A stretch of 64,000 nucleotides of DNA from Raillietiella orientalis (lineage: Eukaryota). Below are positions 1 through 11,699 of this stretch, one piece after another. Where the stretch lies: the NCBI GenBank assembly GCA_036172245.1, contig JAYWIR010000003.1, forward strand, positions 2,666,001 through 2,730,000, read 5' to 3'. Position 1 is the first letter of the stretch. Every line of letters starts with the position of its first letter. Under the pieces are notes generated by a model. It saw only the letters and a list, made by a program, of their open reading frames with translations, did not search any database and had not been told where the DNA came from. The position numbers and the translations under genes are program-made.

Positions 1-299
1 CCAATTTTTAGATTTTTTTCAGCTGTCGGAATCGTTTTATCCTCAAGAGTGTTCTATTTTAAATTTGTCCTGTTTCAAAAGTTCTCTATCTATAGAACTC
101 TCGTGCCTTGAGAACACTTGTGTTAGAACGGAGACGCGCCTGCGTGTGGATTTGCTCCACTTTCAAATCAGTTCCATTTTCTTGCCTCTCTTGAATAGAA
201 CGGTTCTATTTTTGGAGACTTTTCATTCTTAGAACTGCCTTTAGTCGTTCCTTTCGCATTGTTGACAACCCATTCTCACTGGTGGATGTTCATTCGATT

Positions 300-900
300 G
301 TTGCATATCCACTTGCATTGTTGGAACATCTGGGGCGGTTCCGTGCAGCATCCGCATTGCAGCACAGATTTCCCAGCCCCTTCCTTCAGCTCGGGGTGCT
401 GCTTGGCCGTTCCAGCCAGAAATAGGCGGGGCTGGATGGAAGAGGACACCGGAAAGCGCACAGGGGAAGCCGGGGCTTACTCGTTCGGCCCCCCGAAATC
501 GGGTTGTATGAGACGGGGAGAAGGGCTGCGTCCCCTAAGGATAACTGGAGGCTGGCTCCACCGCTGCTCCCTTCTCTCCACAGTCTACGGAAACCTCCCT
601 CCATGTTTGGGAGAGGGAGCGGATGGAGGTGTGGCAGGAAACTTCCCTCCGCTCCCCTGCTGCAGAGTGGGAGAGGGGTGTCCTAGGGAGGGGGAGAGGG
701 TGAAGGCGTTTCTCAAACCTATTTCTCCCGCTCTTTCGGGAGCGGGAAAGCCGAGCTGTCTTTCCTCCCATCCGTTCCCACTTCCATGATCCCGGGTCAG
801 AGACAGATAGGCTTCCGATGAACCACCTACGGAGAAGGGGGCACCTCCTCACTCCCCACAGGGCGTGAAGGAATACGCCGGATGAAGGGAGCGGGGAAGG
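300..900 (+). mobile_element. Degenerate non-LTR retrotransposon AP-endonuclease (start of LINE ORF2)
   Basis: ORF 259..789 reads LHCWNIWG ... GAYSF ... RRGEGL ... TVYGNLPP ... VAGNF ... EGERVKAFL. This follows the order of the APE motifs WNxxG, GYSF, RGGGV, YRPP, GDFN (remembered consensus). Catalytic residues are substituted. Confidence 0.5.
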
Positions 901-1549
901 GGCGGGAGAAACCAGGGGCAAGGAAGACCGCAGGTAGAAAAGCCCGCCTCTCCGAATGGCCCTTTGCTCGCTGTCTCCACCTTGAGGGTCCTCTCCGTTC
1001 TCTTCGGGTTCTCAAAGCTGGGAGCGGCAAGCAGGAGAACTCTCCTCCTCACCTTCCCTCCCGGATGGCTGCCCTGTTGCACAATTGGATTCGAAAGCCC
1101 TCTTCGCTTCCCCGAATCATTTCTATGGAGCACAAAGATGAAGGGGAAGAAATGTGCGAGGAGTCGATCTCTGGGCGATTCCCCGCATCCCCAGTCCTTC
1201 GCAGGACCCCACTCGTCCGACTTCCGGTCGGCAATGTCTCATTGGCTGCCACCGCCACCGCTCCCCTACCTCTTCACCAATCAGCAGAGCCTGGGGCCAG
1301 CTGAGCAAAACACCATGGCCTCCGGGGGCTCGGACGGATCCTCCGGGACACAAGGACATTATCCGGAGGAGTCAAGGGACACCTCACGAGCTGAAGGAAG
1401 AGGAGGTGTAAGAAAGGGGGATGGTTCTTGCATGGCCGTGGCAAGGAGCACGCGTGCACCCCTGCCGCACTACCTTCTCCTCTTCCTCCTCTCTGCTTCA
1501 GGAAAGGAACGGCGGCAGCGGGAGCGGTCTTCACGCTGCCACGCCCGCC

Positions 1550-4500
1550 CGGGGTGAAAGATCGATGGAATATCATCGAGCGGTGCGCGGACGCACAGGG
1601 AAGACGGGAGGCTGCGCAGCTTCCGGTTGCAGCGGCGTCAGCAGATGAGCGCGCGGGCGGACGAGAGCGCTCGGGAGAACAGAGGGGGAGGCGGATGGCA
1701 CGTAAAAGAGCAGGAGCAGGGTCACGGAGGATGCAGATACCTCCGAGGGATCTGGCTCCCTCCCTTTTCCCGCATCGCACGCCAGTGCGTAAAGAGGAAG
1801 TGAGGGAGAGAGGGGGGAAGCGAAGATTCCGGAGGTCTCGCAGTGAAGTCCTGCGTAAGCACGGTTACTCTCCTCAACCTTTCACTACAGGCGCAGCATC
1901 CCTCCGGACCGCAGCCTTCTCCCTTGGAGTGTAGTGCTGTCCTCCTCGGCTTCACCCGCTGCTGTGGGACCCCAGTTCGCCATCCCGAGGGCAGGACGGA
2001 CACTGCCTCGGCTGCCATGAGCAAGATGGTCATCTGGGGTGTCCCAGAGAGCGAAATCTGATAGTCTCGTGGCCGCACTCACAGCTTCCCTGCAGCTCAT
2101 GCCCGGCAAAACGAAAGATAGCGAGCGAGTGTGAGAGCTGATTGCATCGGAGAAAGAAGAGAGAGTCAGGAGAGCGAGGAAAGGTCCGTGATGGAGATGC
2201 GCTTCGTGCCTGGATGAGGGCTTTCCTGGAAACCGGGGTTCCCACACGAGGCTTTCGCTAGATGCCACCTTCTGTGGAGGTCTCTGGGAGGGAACTTCAA
2301 ATCGCATAGCAGCCAGGACCCCAAAAAAGTGCCTTTTCGACCAGTTATGAAGGTCGATTGCTTCCGGCACGGAACTCTCTACGTAGGATGTCCCGAGAAG
2401 AGCCTGAACGGCCGACTGCGAGACTGCTTCTCTTCCGGAATGATCTCGAGGAACCGGAAAATCCGGAAGGACCTATGCTGCCACAGAGGACGACCCGTAG
2501 GTCTGACCATGCACCTGCCGAGCATCCTAAAGACGAGCAAGTAGACGAAATCAGATCATCATCTGAAAGGTCGTCTGCATGCCATAAGGCTGCATCCAGA
2601 CTCCGCGACGCCTCGACTAAGGGCAAGTTGTGGTTTGCTCTGCCATTAGGGAGTCATTCGGGTTCCTCGACGGTCGCTTTTGTCTGACTGACTGCGGTCC
2701 CGGCAGTAACCCCTTCTATCGAGTTCATCTCCGTGGATGGAATCAACTCCGGCGTTTCTGCGTGCATCTGCATCCTCCCTCACCCAGACTTTGGTGCTCA
2801 TCAAGTGCCGCTGCTTCCTGACAACATGCTTCCACCACCCGCCTTCATCTGGATCGCTTCGTCTCGAGGAATCCAAGAGCGCACCCGAACCCACTCCCTA
2901 ACGCTCTTCTGTTTGCGGCATCCCCTTCTGTGTTTCCTTTTTTTTTTTCTTTCCTTATCGTCTTTTCGATTTCATTCCTCAGTGAAGAAATAAAAAGGGA
3001 AAAAAAGGAGCTGCATTACGCTTTCGAAATGTCCACCGTCCGTCCCCAAAGAGAATCACTTAACGGATCGGATGTGTGATGACGACGGAACGAGCATCTT
3101 CGTTACGACGCTGGTTCATCTGCATGCTTTGACGTATTCCGCCGAGCGCTTCTGTGGTCGTAAAACGCCGCCGCAGCAGTTTTGCGAAGCAAGGAAGCGG
3201 ATCGTGAATCCAGATCTCGGCGGAAACGCTTACGAGGTATCTGACTCGGTCACCGTGGGTGAACGCGCACCAGAAGTGCACCCCATTAATCCTGTGAGGT
3301 CACCGCGCGCCGGTGGGCTCTGGTGCAATGACTGATAAAGGAAACGAGGCTTTTATGGAGGCGGTTTGGCAGCTGCTGGTTCCGGGTATGATGGTGGCAA
3401 CCCTGCAGGGCTGTGGACACGATCCACTAAGATCTGCACGCTCTTCCTTATGGCCGCGTCCAAAATCCGGTTACGTTCCTCCTTCAGGGATGGGAAATGT
3501 TCACCGTCCTCGTGGATGAGGCTCTCAGGAGTAGTCGCAGTGACTTTGATGGAAGTCTCCTCACTGTCGACCGACATCTTACTGACCATTGCGTCTCACC
3601 AGTTTCTTCATCTTCCTGGGAGTCAACGGACGGCATTAGCCCGTCAGTGAAATTCGGGAGTTTCCTTCCTTAAAGGATCGCAGTTTGTGGTTAGACGTCA
3701 CCACAGGTTGAAGAGGACCAAAGAGCCGACGGCTGCAGCGACCGTCGTAGCCTACAGCAAGCGTCCAGGTGCCTTCACATGCAAGACCCAGAACACGCAC
3801 AATCCTTGCAGGGAGAAGTCTCAGACGCCACGGGAGTCGGCACCTCACAGAAATTCCCTTTTCTGATTCTTCCCACTTTCGCATGAAGGTCAAGCATGAT
3901 CAGGGCCAGGTCGGGAATGGCGAGCAGCGTCCGTCCCGGAAAGCAAGAGAGCACCTGCAAGCGAACGTGCGGCCTCTGGTAGTCCAGAGAGGGACGGCAA
4001 ATGGCCGACAACACACACACGGGATGGCTTAGGCGGACCTGACAAGATACCACGGGAAACCAAGCCTCTTGCATTTTTTAAGATGGGCGACCGGGAGCAG
4101 CAATCGGGTGATAATCATCGTGAAGATGTTGGGGACTCTCCCGAACGCAAAGGACGTGTACCAGTTTTGAGTGCAGCGGTACGCTCAACCTCGTGAAAAA
4201 TCAACCCTTGGCCCGCCTTCCCTTTTTTCGTGCAGGCGGAAAGCGCCTTCGGAGAGAACCAGAGAGCGGGGGATGTCTTAGCGGTGGAAAGCGAGTTTGG
4301 GCGGAGGCACCAGACGAGAGCAGCCAAGGTGCAAGCGCACAGGAGCGGACCCTATCGTGAGTGAAGACCGACTTCGGGGCCTTGGCTGCATCGGATGCCG
4401 GGAGTTCCTGAAGTCCTTGATTTCGTGACCAGTCAGCACGAATCGATGGAGCTCCGCCCTCTTCAAGAGAGGAGGGTAAATCTTCAATGTGGCTTGCGGG

Positions 4501-6395
4501 GGTCTGTTAGACGGCAGGAATCCCGGATGCGAGGGGAATCTGACTTTTGTAGAAAGTCAGCTTCCGCTCGCATCCGGGATGCACAGCTTGTATCCATGGG
4601 TCCAATAGGCAGTTCCGGCTACACTCGCACGCTGTCCTACGATCCCAAGGAAGCTTCGCCTCTTTGTCTCATCAAGGTCAGGTTTGTTTCGAGCCCGCTT
4701 GCACCTGACAAAGCTGGTGCTGCTGATGTCCTTTCCTCTCTGCCACCTCTTGCTCTGTGTGAATCAGCCGCTCTCTTTCCCTCCCCTCCATTCCATCCTG
4801 AATATTTGCTTGAAGGCGAGGACCACATTCACCATTGAGAAACGCACCGAAATTCCAGCGGGAGAGCCGATTTGGAACTGACCGCGCAGGGACTGTCGTC
4901 AGCCTAGGAGAACGGACCCATCCGGCGTGGGCACACAGTCCGAAGGCTCTTTCGGAGCGGCCCCGGAATTCGTTTCCACCGGAATGACTGGTTCTGGAAG
5001 CAGGTTGGAAACTGGAAGCTAACGGATGCCTTTTCCGACGGATCACATGGCACCTGCGGACGGTCCACGAGCTGCTACTTCAGCTTAGCGCCGTATCCCA
5101 ACAACCAGAAACCTCGAAAAAGCTGCAGGAGAATGAATGAAGGATGTTCGGTTTCTTCAGGAACAGCAGATTTCCGTGGTGAGCACGGGAAACCCAAGTG
5201 GGAGCCGCTGCTGAAGAGAAGACTGTGAAGCGCTGAATAGTTCCAGGAAAGGATTTAAAGCAACGCTGGAGATGAAAATTGATGGCAGAGCCAAAAAAAA
5301 AAATGTCTGCGTCTGCGTGCACCTCAGCCGGCGTGAGGAAAGAGGCTTTCGTACAAAGCTCGCTTTTGTGTGCCCTTTTGTGTTGTCTTGAGCGATTTTC
5401 AATAAACCCGCAGATTTTTGACATCCAGGGAAATAAATATCGGGCAGGAATCAACCCAAGGACCACAGAATATGGGATCATTATTCGATTTGATTCCCTC
5501 TGTGACATGCACCAAGGAAGAATTTCGTGGAATATTGATTTGACGGTCAAAAAACGAGCTCGGCCGCTTTGACAGGAGCCATAAACAATTCACGGAAGAG
5601 AGGAGTTCCAGCTACAAGCGGGAGCGGAATAAATAAAACCTGCCCAGTATCCAAAATACCAGGAAAAACGACAACAGGCAAAGGATACCTGGATGATTTA
5701 AAAGTTGTGCTCGAGTCCCTCGGAAATTCTTCGCAAGTTTCCTCGGAACTCCCTTTTGAGGTATTCCAAGTCCTGTTTAGAATAAGATGTTTACCGAGCA
5801 TCATCAGTGATCAGATGGCATCGGTTTATGCAGATTCGGCGCGCATCTCTGTCGCATTGCATTGCCGTCTCTCACTTGATTTAATCCCTCCCAGAGCATC
5901 ATGCAATCTTTTGAAAGATGCTTGCATGCATTGCATGGAATCGTGAATCCCGCATCACATGCGTCCTGCTAGAGATGAATACGCATTTGAATATTCATCC
6001 GGGTCCGTACGTATTCATTTCCTCGCAACATGCGAGTGGAACCGCAGGTTCGTACGCTTGGTGCGCGTTTCCTGGTCGAACAGCCAGCGGGGAGAAGCCA
6101 CCGGTCGCCGGAAACTGTCTGAACGCCCCCGAGGCAGGATTCGTACCAGTCGACAGCCATGGCACCCCCGCACCTCCGGCGTCGGGAGGACAGGTCAGGA
6201 GTTCCGGGATCCGTTCTCCAGGGGCGGGTCCCGCCGCCCCGGCAAGCGGGAAACCCGGTGTCCCCTCTAGCAGCGTGCAAAGCTTCGGCCCAAGGACGCG
6301 GGCGCTTGCGTCATCTGGATCGCCTCGTCCACCTCACCGTGGCGAACGTGGAGGTGTCAAATCGTTTGTAGACGGCTTACGTACCTAAGGGGGGG
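1550..6395 (+). mobile_element. Near full-length degenerate Ty3/gypsy (Mag-like) LTR retrotransposon internal region: gag-PR-RT-RNaseH-integrase plus polypurine tract
   Basis: Colinear relic motifs. Gag: VLRKHGYSPQP (~1848), MVIWGVPESEI (~2026), twin zinc knuckles CFRHG..CPEK..DCFSSGMISR (2359-2451). Protease: INSGVS (~2742). RT: KIRLRSSFR, LTIASHQ, TILAG, KHDQ..KAREH, RDGLGGPDKI (3460-4050). RNaseH: SASARIR..SGYTRTLSY..ADVLSSLP (4557-4745). Integrase: LEANGCLFR (~5012), AD/FDIQGNKY (~5410), RGVPAT (~5600), RLSLDLIPP (~5866). Purine run AAGGGGGGG at 6387-6395. Many stops and frameshifts. Confidence 0.75.
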
Positions 6396-6699
6396 TTTTG
6401 TACTTGGTTGGGCATCCACTACACTGCGATCGACTGAGGTCTGGTCGGTCAACGATTCGTGAGTCAGTTTCTTTCGGGATTCCCATTCGGTTGAGAAAAG
6501 GGAGCCCTTCCTCCCTATACGAAGGACCGTGAGCAAACTGAGCGTGGTCGGACCACGTGTCCTACCAAAATATGTGAGGAGTTTCTTTCAAATTTCGACG
6601 AACTCCCTGTTCATGAAAATTTAAAAGAAAGTGTCAGGCGCGTCCGGGTGGGAATCGGAGAAGAAATAATGGGGTGCTCCCCCCTGGGGGTCGCTCCGG

Positions 6700-8100
6700 A
6701 GAGAATGAGGAAGAGATTCCCTTCGGAGACAACCAGGGACTGCAGAGTACATGCGCGCTCTGTAGCTGTCCGTCATGGGAGCGATTCGTGGAAACCACCC
6801 GTGTTGCCATGAAAATTCCCAACCGTTCCCGGCTCGCGCCTCTGGACGGCGGGCTCACCACTTCCAGCTCACGTTCTGATGAACGGAGCAGAGAAATTCT
6901 GGGATACGACACCGCGGAGCAGACTCTCCGGAGCCCGGCCGCTTTCACCAGCTTCCACCGATCCGGACACCGGAAAATCGGCTCCACGGAACCGGCGAAT
7001 TCCATGTTTCCAGGATGCTCCGCCATGCCGTGGAGCCGAACCGGTCTCTCCCCTTCGCGAAGAGAAATTCGTTTTAAGTTGATGGGATTCACGCGGCTCT
7101 GTGGATGAGCTCGATGAGTATGCACCGGAAATGAGAGGAAGGCCAGATGGAAACACCCAACCGGAGCTGCAGAATCGGAACGTCTTCAGCGCAGGAAGGC
7201 AACGCTCGGAGATTTTTCCCGATCATTCCCTGAACCTGCCATGTTAACCCGCAGGGTGTGTCCATCAGAAAGCACGAACGCGCTAATGGAACGTCCCCAT
7301 GAGAACGAGACACAAATCCAAACGGATTCGAAACTTGGAGGCGTGAACACGGGCCGACGGCCGCGTCCAGTGATGGCGACCAGTGGACGCTTGTTCGCGG
7401 CACGGGAAGCACTTTGGCGCACAGCGCACCAGATGAGCCACGCAGCGGTGCCTGGTACTGCGAGGCGCAGTACCAGGTGGTTCTTCACATTCTCCGCCCC
7501 TGAGGCTCGCAGCATCCCTGATGGAGCACGGCGAGTTCGGTTTTTCCGGCATTCCGATGGGAACGCATTCGATGATCGGTCCGCGCTTTCACTCGGGCAT
7601 AACCAGGGAAGATCTGGTCCGAGGAGGAAGGTGCATCCGAAGAAAAAAAAAAAATGGAGGGAAAACGGACCTTTCCTACTTGGATGTTCCAATGGATAAC
7701 TTCTATAATGGAAGATGATCCCTCTAACAGAGAATAGTCGATTCTGATGTAGCCCAAGTAGCAAATGGCTTCCCGCATATCATGGCAGCTTTCCTCTTCG
7801 CTCATTTTTTTCATGGGTTCCAATGGAAACGCTCACGTTTTGGAAGCTTGAGGAATGGAAATTTGTGACCATCATCCTTGGTAGGAAGGTGGGCACGCAG
7901 AGCATTTAGCGTCATTGTCCAACATCGCTGGGTTCCAGGTCTGCTTCAATAGAACAGTTATTTACTCTGCAAAGACGTAGCTGAAGAATTGCTTTTTGCT
8001 CGCAAACACACTAAAGGGATCGCTCTCAGTCTACAGGATGCAGCCAGATTCCTTGCACGCCATTTTTATCAGCGTCGACGTTGACAAACTTCTGCCATGT
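6700..8100 (-). mobile_element. Degenerate Ty3/gypsy RNaseH-end plus integrase fragment
   Basis: Minus strand: SIE/RPGTQ..NAL (cf. IEYRPGK..ADALSR, ~7900-7960), FPSGLPLISGAYSS (cf. FITGLPxSxGYDSI, ~7150), VRLHGMAE..PIF..KLVKAAGLRR..SYPR..SER (cf. VRLHGVPE..F..GI..YHPQ..ER, ORF 6634..7125). Confidence 0.6.
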
Positions 8101-8229
8101 CGTTAGGGAATTCGGAATCCCTTAACTGAAGACACCCCGCATAGGAAAAAAGAACGCCTTTCCCCTTAGGCAAAAAAGGTAAACCTGGCATTTTCCGCAT
8201 CAAAGTTCCTTAATGAGTGAAATCGTTTG

Positions 8230-9300
8230 CTCTCAGTACTTTATTTGGTCCTTTATTTTTGGATGTTGCATCCCCCGTGCGCCTCTCCAATTTCATTTTC
8301 AAAGTCACCTGTTTTTCATATACCTGGGTATTCTTTTCCTCCCTCTGACAAGCAATTAGAAGATGGGAAATTCGTTTGGACCCAGCCGTGCTTGAAAACT
8401 CGTAAGCAATCTCATCTTCAGGAAAGCAGGTTTCTCGGGAATGAAAATCCCTTTCTCACTGATGGCTTTCTTAATATAGTTTCTCACTAATGCCGACGTG
8501 TCCGCCAAGGCGAATACCATGAGAACTAAGCAACTGTATTAACGGTCGTGTACTTTGGTCCCGAACACTATAAATGGTATTTCGCGGAGTCGCCGTACAT
8601 TTCTCCAGCAGCCTCGCTTTGCATTTTCGAACGCCACCCTCCACCAACCCATTTGTCTGGTTTCACTGTGCCATCGCTTCTTTGATGATGGAAGTCAGGT
8701 CGGGCGGATCACTTTTGCTGCATCCGGTTCGGGAGCAAAGCTGTAGGTGAGTTACCAAACATGTAGCTGTTCCAGGTTCTTACACACGAAACGAGAGGGA
8801 ATGGGAACACGCCTTGGTCGAAATTTTGGAAAAGTGGCCATTTTTTGGGGGGGTTTCTTACTCCTTTTTCGGGGGGGGGGGGAATGTCCATTAAATTCTA
8901 ATAGCTAATAATGCAGTATGTTCCATCGCCAATGAATCCGAGTTCTCTCAATCCTAGGAAAGCCACGAAGAAGAAGAAATCCATATGCATTCCACTTGCG
9001 CAACATATTCCCGTTTCCTGGGTCTGCTGCCGGATCCTCCACCCCTTGACTTATTGTGGGCTTCATCCTTTCCAAGACTTGTTCGGAGAGCGAGTTGAAA
9101 TTGTCTTAGAGAAATCCACGATGCGAGAAATATGTTTCTTCAACCACTTCTCCCGAGATTTATCTCTTCCGAATGAAACGCCTTATTGGAACCTTCACTG
9201 CCATCGGGCAAAGTGGTTGGGACTTCAGGTTTTTCCTTTTCGGTCTCCTGCAGCAACCAAATGCACCTCGGCGACGGGTAAAACCTCGTTCGACGGCGTT
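8230..9300 (+). mobile_element. Degenerate LINE (CR1-group-like) endonuclease and start of RT, internally deleted
   Basis: FHIPGYSFPPSD (~8314), TVVYFGP (~8542), FLQQ..QPICLV (~8600-8660), then SLNPRKAT..LHPLT..DLSL..QVFPFR (ORF 8911..9309), resembling LNPxKAxGPD, PLT, RPISL, QFGFR. Confidence 0.5.
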
Positions 9301-9729
9301 CTTTCTTGACCCTACGGTTTTGCTCTCAATGGCTCTCAATGGCTGACGACTTTCAACTTGACGACTTCATCTCTCGACCGAAAGAACGGACGGCATGCGA
9401 GGATGGAAAAATAGAGGGAGGAAAAAAGCTTCCAATGAAATTGATGGTAGTTTGAACGCCAGCTCATAAACTACAGTGTCCTCGTGTGAGATTTTCCTAC
9501 GAGCCGTAACTCATTCTTATTACCGTTTGTTACTGTGCACTAAATTTTCTTCTGGGGGCAGAATCTTCGTCCCGAGTCAGTTTCCTGTTGCTTTCATCAT
9601 CATCAAGGAACGCAGTTCTGACTTTCTCGCCACTGATGTTTCCAGTTCTCTTCCGTAGCGTTTTCTTTCAAGCTTCGCCTCCTCAGAAAAGATGCTTCAC
9701 CGCGGCACGAAGCAGTGGTCCTGGGTGCA

Positions 9730-10135
9730 ACTATTGGTCACCTTCATTGGAATGCAATTCCGTTTGGAATCTGCCTCCACGTCTGCAAGAGGATCCACAG
9801 AATGCATCTGTTTTTGTGCCCCTGCTTGGAGCTTCTTGGAGCACATGGTCGGTGGAAACTTTCAGTCTTGTTCCAAAGAGGCCTGCCAGCTTTGGGCATG
9901 ATCCCGGCAAAATCTTGAGGTTTAGGAGGTACTCTTCGGATGCTGGATTTGCGAATTCCAATGCACCATATGGTTTGAAGCGATGAGACGGAATCAGAGT
10001 TCCCAATTCCAAACACGAACACGATATGCTCTTCAATTCGTGCTCGCCAAGAACAAAATTTTGTATATGCAAATCGGAGAAAGCCTTGTTATTTATGGAG
10101 ACTCTCTAAAAAAGAAAAATATCTTTCATACGAAT
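9730..10135 (-). mobile_element. Degenerate CR1-like LINE, post-RT region
   Basis: Minus strand MKD..RVSINNKAFSDLHIQNFV..SCLELGTL..LEFANPASEEYL aligns nearly gap-free with KDLGVxIDxKLxFxxHIxNIV..TL..LEYAxPVWxPYL. Confidence 0.55.
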
Positions 10136-11189
10136 TGTTTTTAGATTATGGACCCGGTTATACGTCGCCCATTTCATGGACGAGGTTTATTATTAGGGAA
10201 TCTGGAAAATTACTTAGTTTGAGCGTTCGGATTTTGTTTACTATCCTTACTTACAGCGCACGCCCTTTTGAAAACACTTTTCTCCAAAGCTTTTGGAGTT
10301 TATTCGTGTGGCCTTCTTCTAATACAGCAGGGAAACCGTAAAGTCGGCTTTTTTTGAAAGTCAACTTGGATAATCGAACTAGAGGAAAACTGGTCAACGT
10401 ATCTCATTCCAGTAGTTCAGTATCTGATCCGAAGTGTGCTTTCAATCATTTCCTCATTCCTGAGATATACCCTTACTGAGACTTCGCAATTATTCTAAAA
10501 TTACCATCTATTTTTCGAGTTCTTGTTTAAATGGTTTTCAGTCCGATGCATGTGGACCTTGGGTCGAATGCATGCTGTTTGCACTTCAGCTTGGTTTTCC
10601 GGAAACCTCCGCGCAGCGCCATCTAATAAGCGCCTCTGGAACTGCGGGCGGTGCACGAAATGCCCGCCAACGTGAGAGGGAAACACTTTCACCTTGCGAA
10701 AGAGTATTAAATTTCGAATCGGTATTGGAATTATGCAAATTGCATTCGCCGGTAATAAAATGTATTCTAGTAAGAAATAAAAAAAACAAAACAGTTGCTC
10801 TCTTTTCTCAAATAGGAATGAATTGCAGCGCGTTAAATGAGACACGTTAAAACGGAACTCATTAAAACGAAATGCACGGCATTACTTAATGAGACAGCCT
10901 TCCTTTTAAGCAATCAGCCATTTCTGCACACACAGCTCCCCCCCTGTACCAATCCCGAGTAGCTCAGCCAAAAAAAGGTAGCAAAAGAGGATGAGAAACG
11001 AGTAAAAAAAGAAAAACAAAAACAAAAGAAAGGAAGAAGAACATCCATGATTTGAGTTTCCCTTGGGTTTCGCATAGAAGGAAACCGTGCGTGGAAATAT
11101 AATAATTCCTATGTTCGCAGTCGTCCCGTTCACTCTTTTTCCCTGCCTTCGTGGCTTTGCACGTGAGTTTTGGCGTAGGTCCGAGGCAG

Positions 11190-11560
11190 CATCCAAGGAT
11201 CGATTGCATGGACACCGGGAAGGGAAGATGCTGGAAGGAGATCCTCACTGGCGGAATATTTGATAGGGCGTCGAAGGTGGTGCCTCTTCCCCTATCCTGC
11301 TGGTGGGTTCTGGAAGCAGCTTGGTGCAGCTTGAGTGAACTTTCAGGAACGGGAAGAGCGGGCGGAAAGTGAAAGTGAGCTGTTCACTCTGCTGGGAGTC
11401 ACTCTGGGCTAAAGATTCCTGGAACGAATTTCCGTTCGACTGGAAAGTGAGAGTTGTCGAAGATGTTCAAGCCGTGAATGTCAAGGCAGGAGGTTCCCGT
11501 CTCTTGCCTGCGGAGGCACTGATCTTTTACAGGTGTGCATGGAAACGAGTTCTTTTGTTT
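11190..11560 (+). mobile_element. Possible degenerate LINE RT N-terminal fragment
   Basis: MDTGK..PLPLS (ORF 11151..11372) and EFPFDWKVRVV..KAGGSR..FYR (ORF 11369..11578) resemble LDxxK..PLS, FPxDWK, KxGxR..NYR. Spacing is longer than canonical. Confidence 0.3.
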
Positions 11561-11699
11561 CCGGTTTGGTTGCTATAAGTAGTACGGCGTTTTTTTTTGT
11601 CTACTGAATAGTAGAATGGAAGAAACCCATCTACTAAAAAAGAAAAAATTGCAGAACCGTGGGCTACTCATGAGGCAGCTTTCTATCTTTTTTTTTTTT

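Noticed and set aside
2190..2620. Penelope-like GIY-YIG endonuclease (YVG..SL..RLRD)
   Set aside because: Better explained as the twin gag zinc knuckles of the gypsy element, with gag motifs upstream and protease directly downstream. Penelope RT motif spacing did not fit.
3770..4480. Tc1 transposase (FSDSSHF like FSDESxF)
   Set aside because: Spacing to the other catalytic motifs is wrong. The same stretch fits the gypsy RT YxDD..EHD region in context.
5414..5500. FDIQGNKYR..EYGIIIRF resembles the bacterial HigB toxin motif
   Set aside because: No HigB N-terminus or antitoxin nearby. With one frameshift it reads AD-FDIQGNKY and sits exactly where the gypsy integrase core motif (ADLFExxGxxYL) is expected.
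9322..9368. Tiny duplications GCTCTCAATG x2 and TGACGACTT x2
   Set aside because: Two-copy slippage duplications with no further structure.
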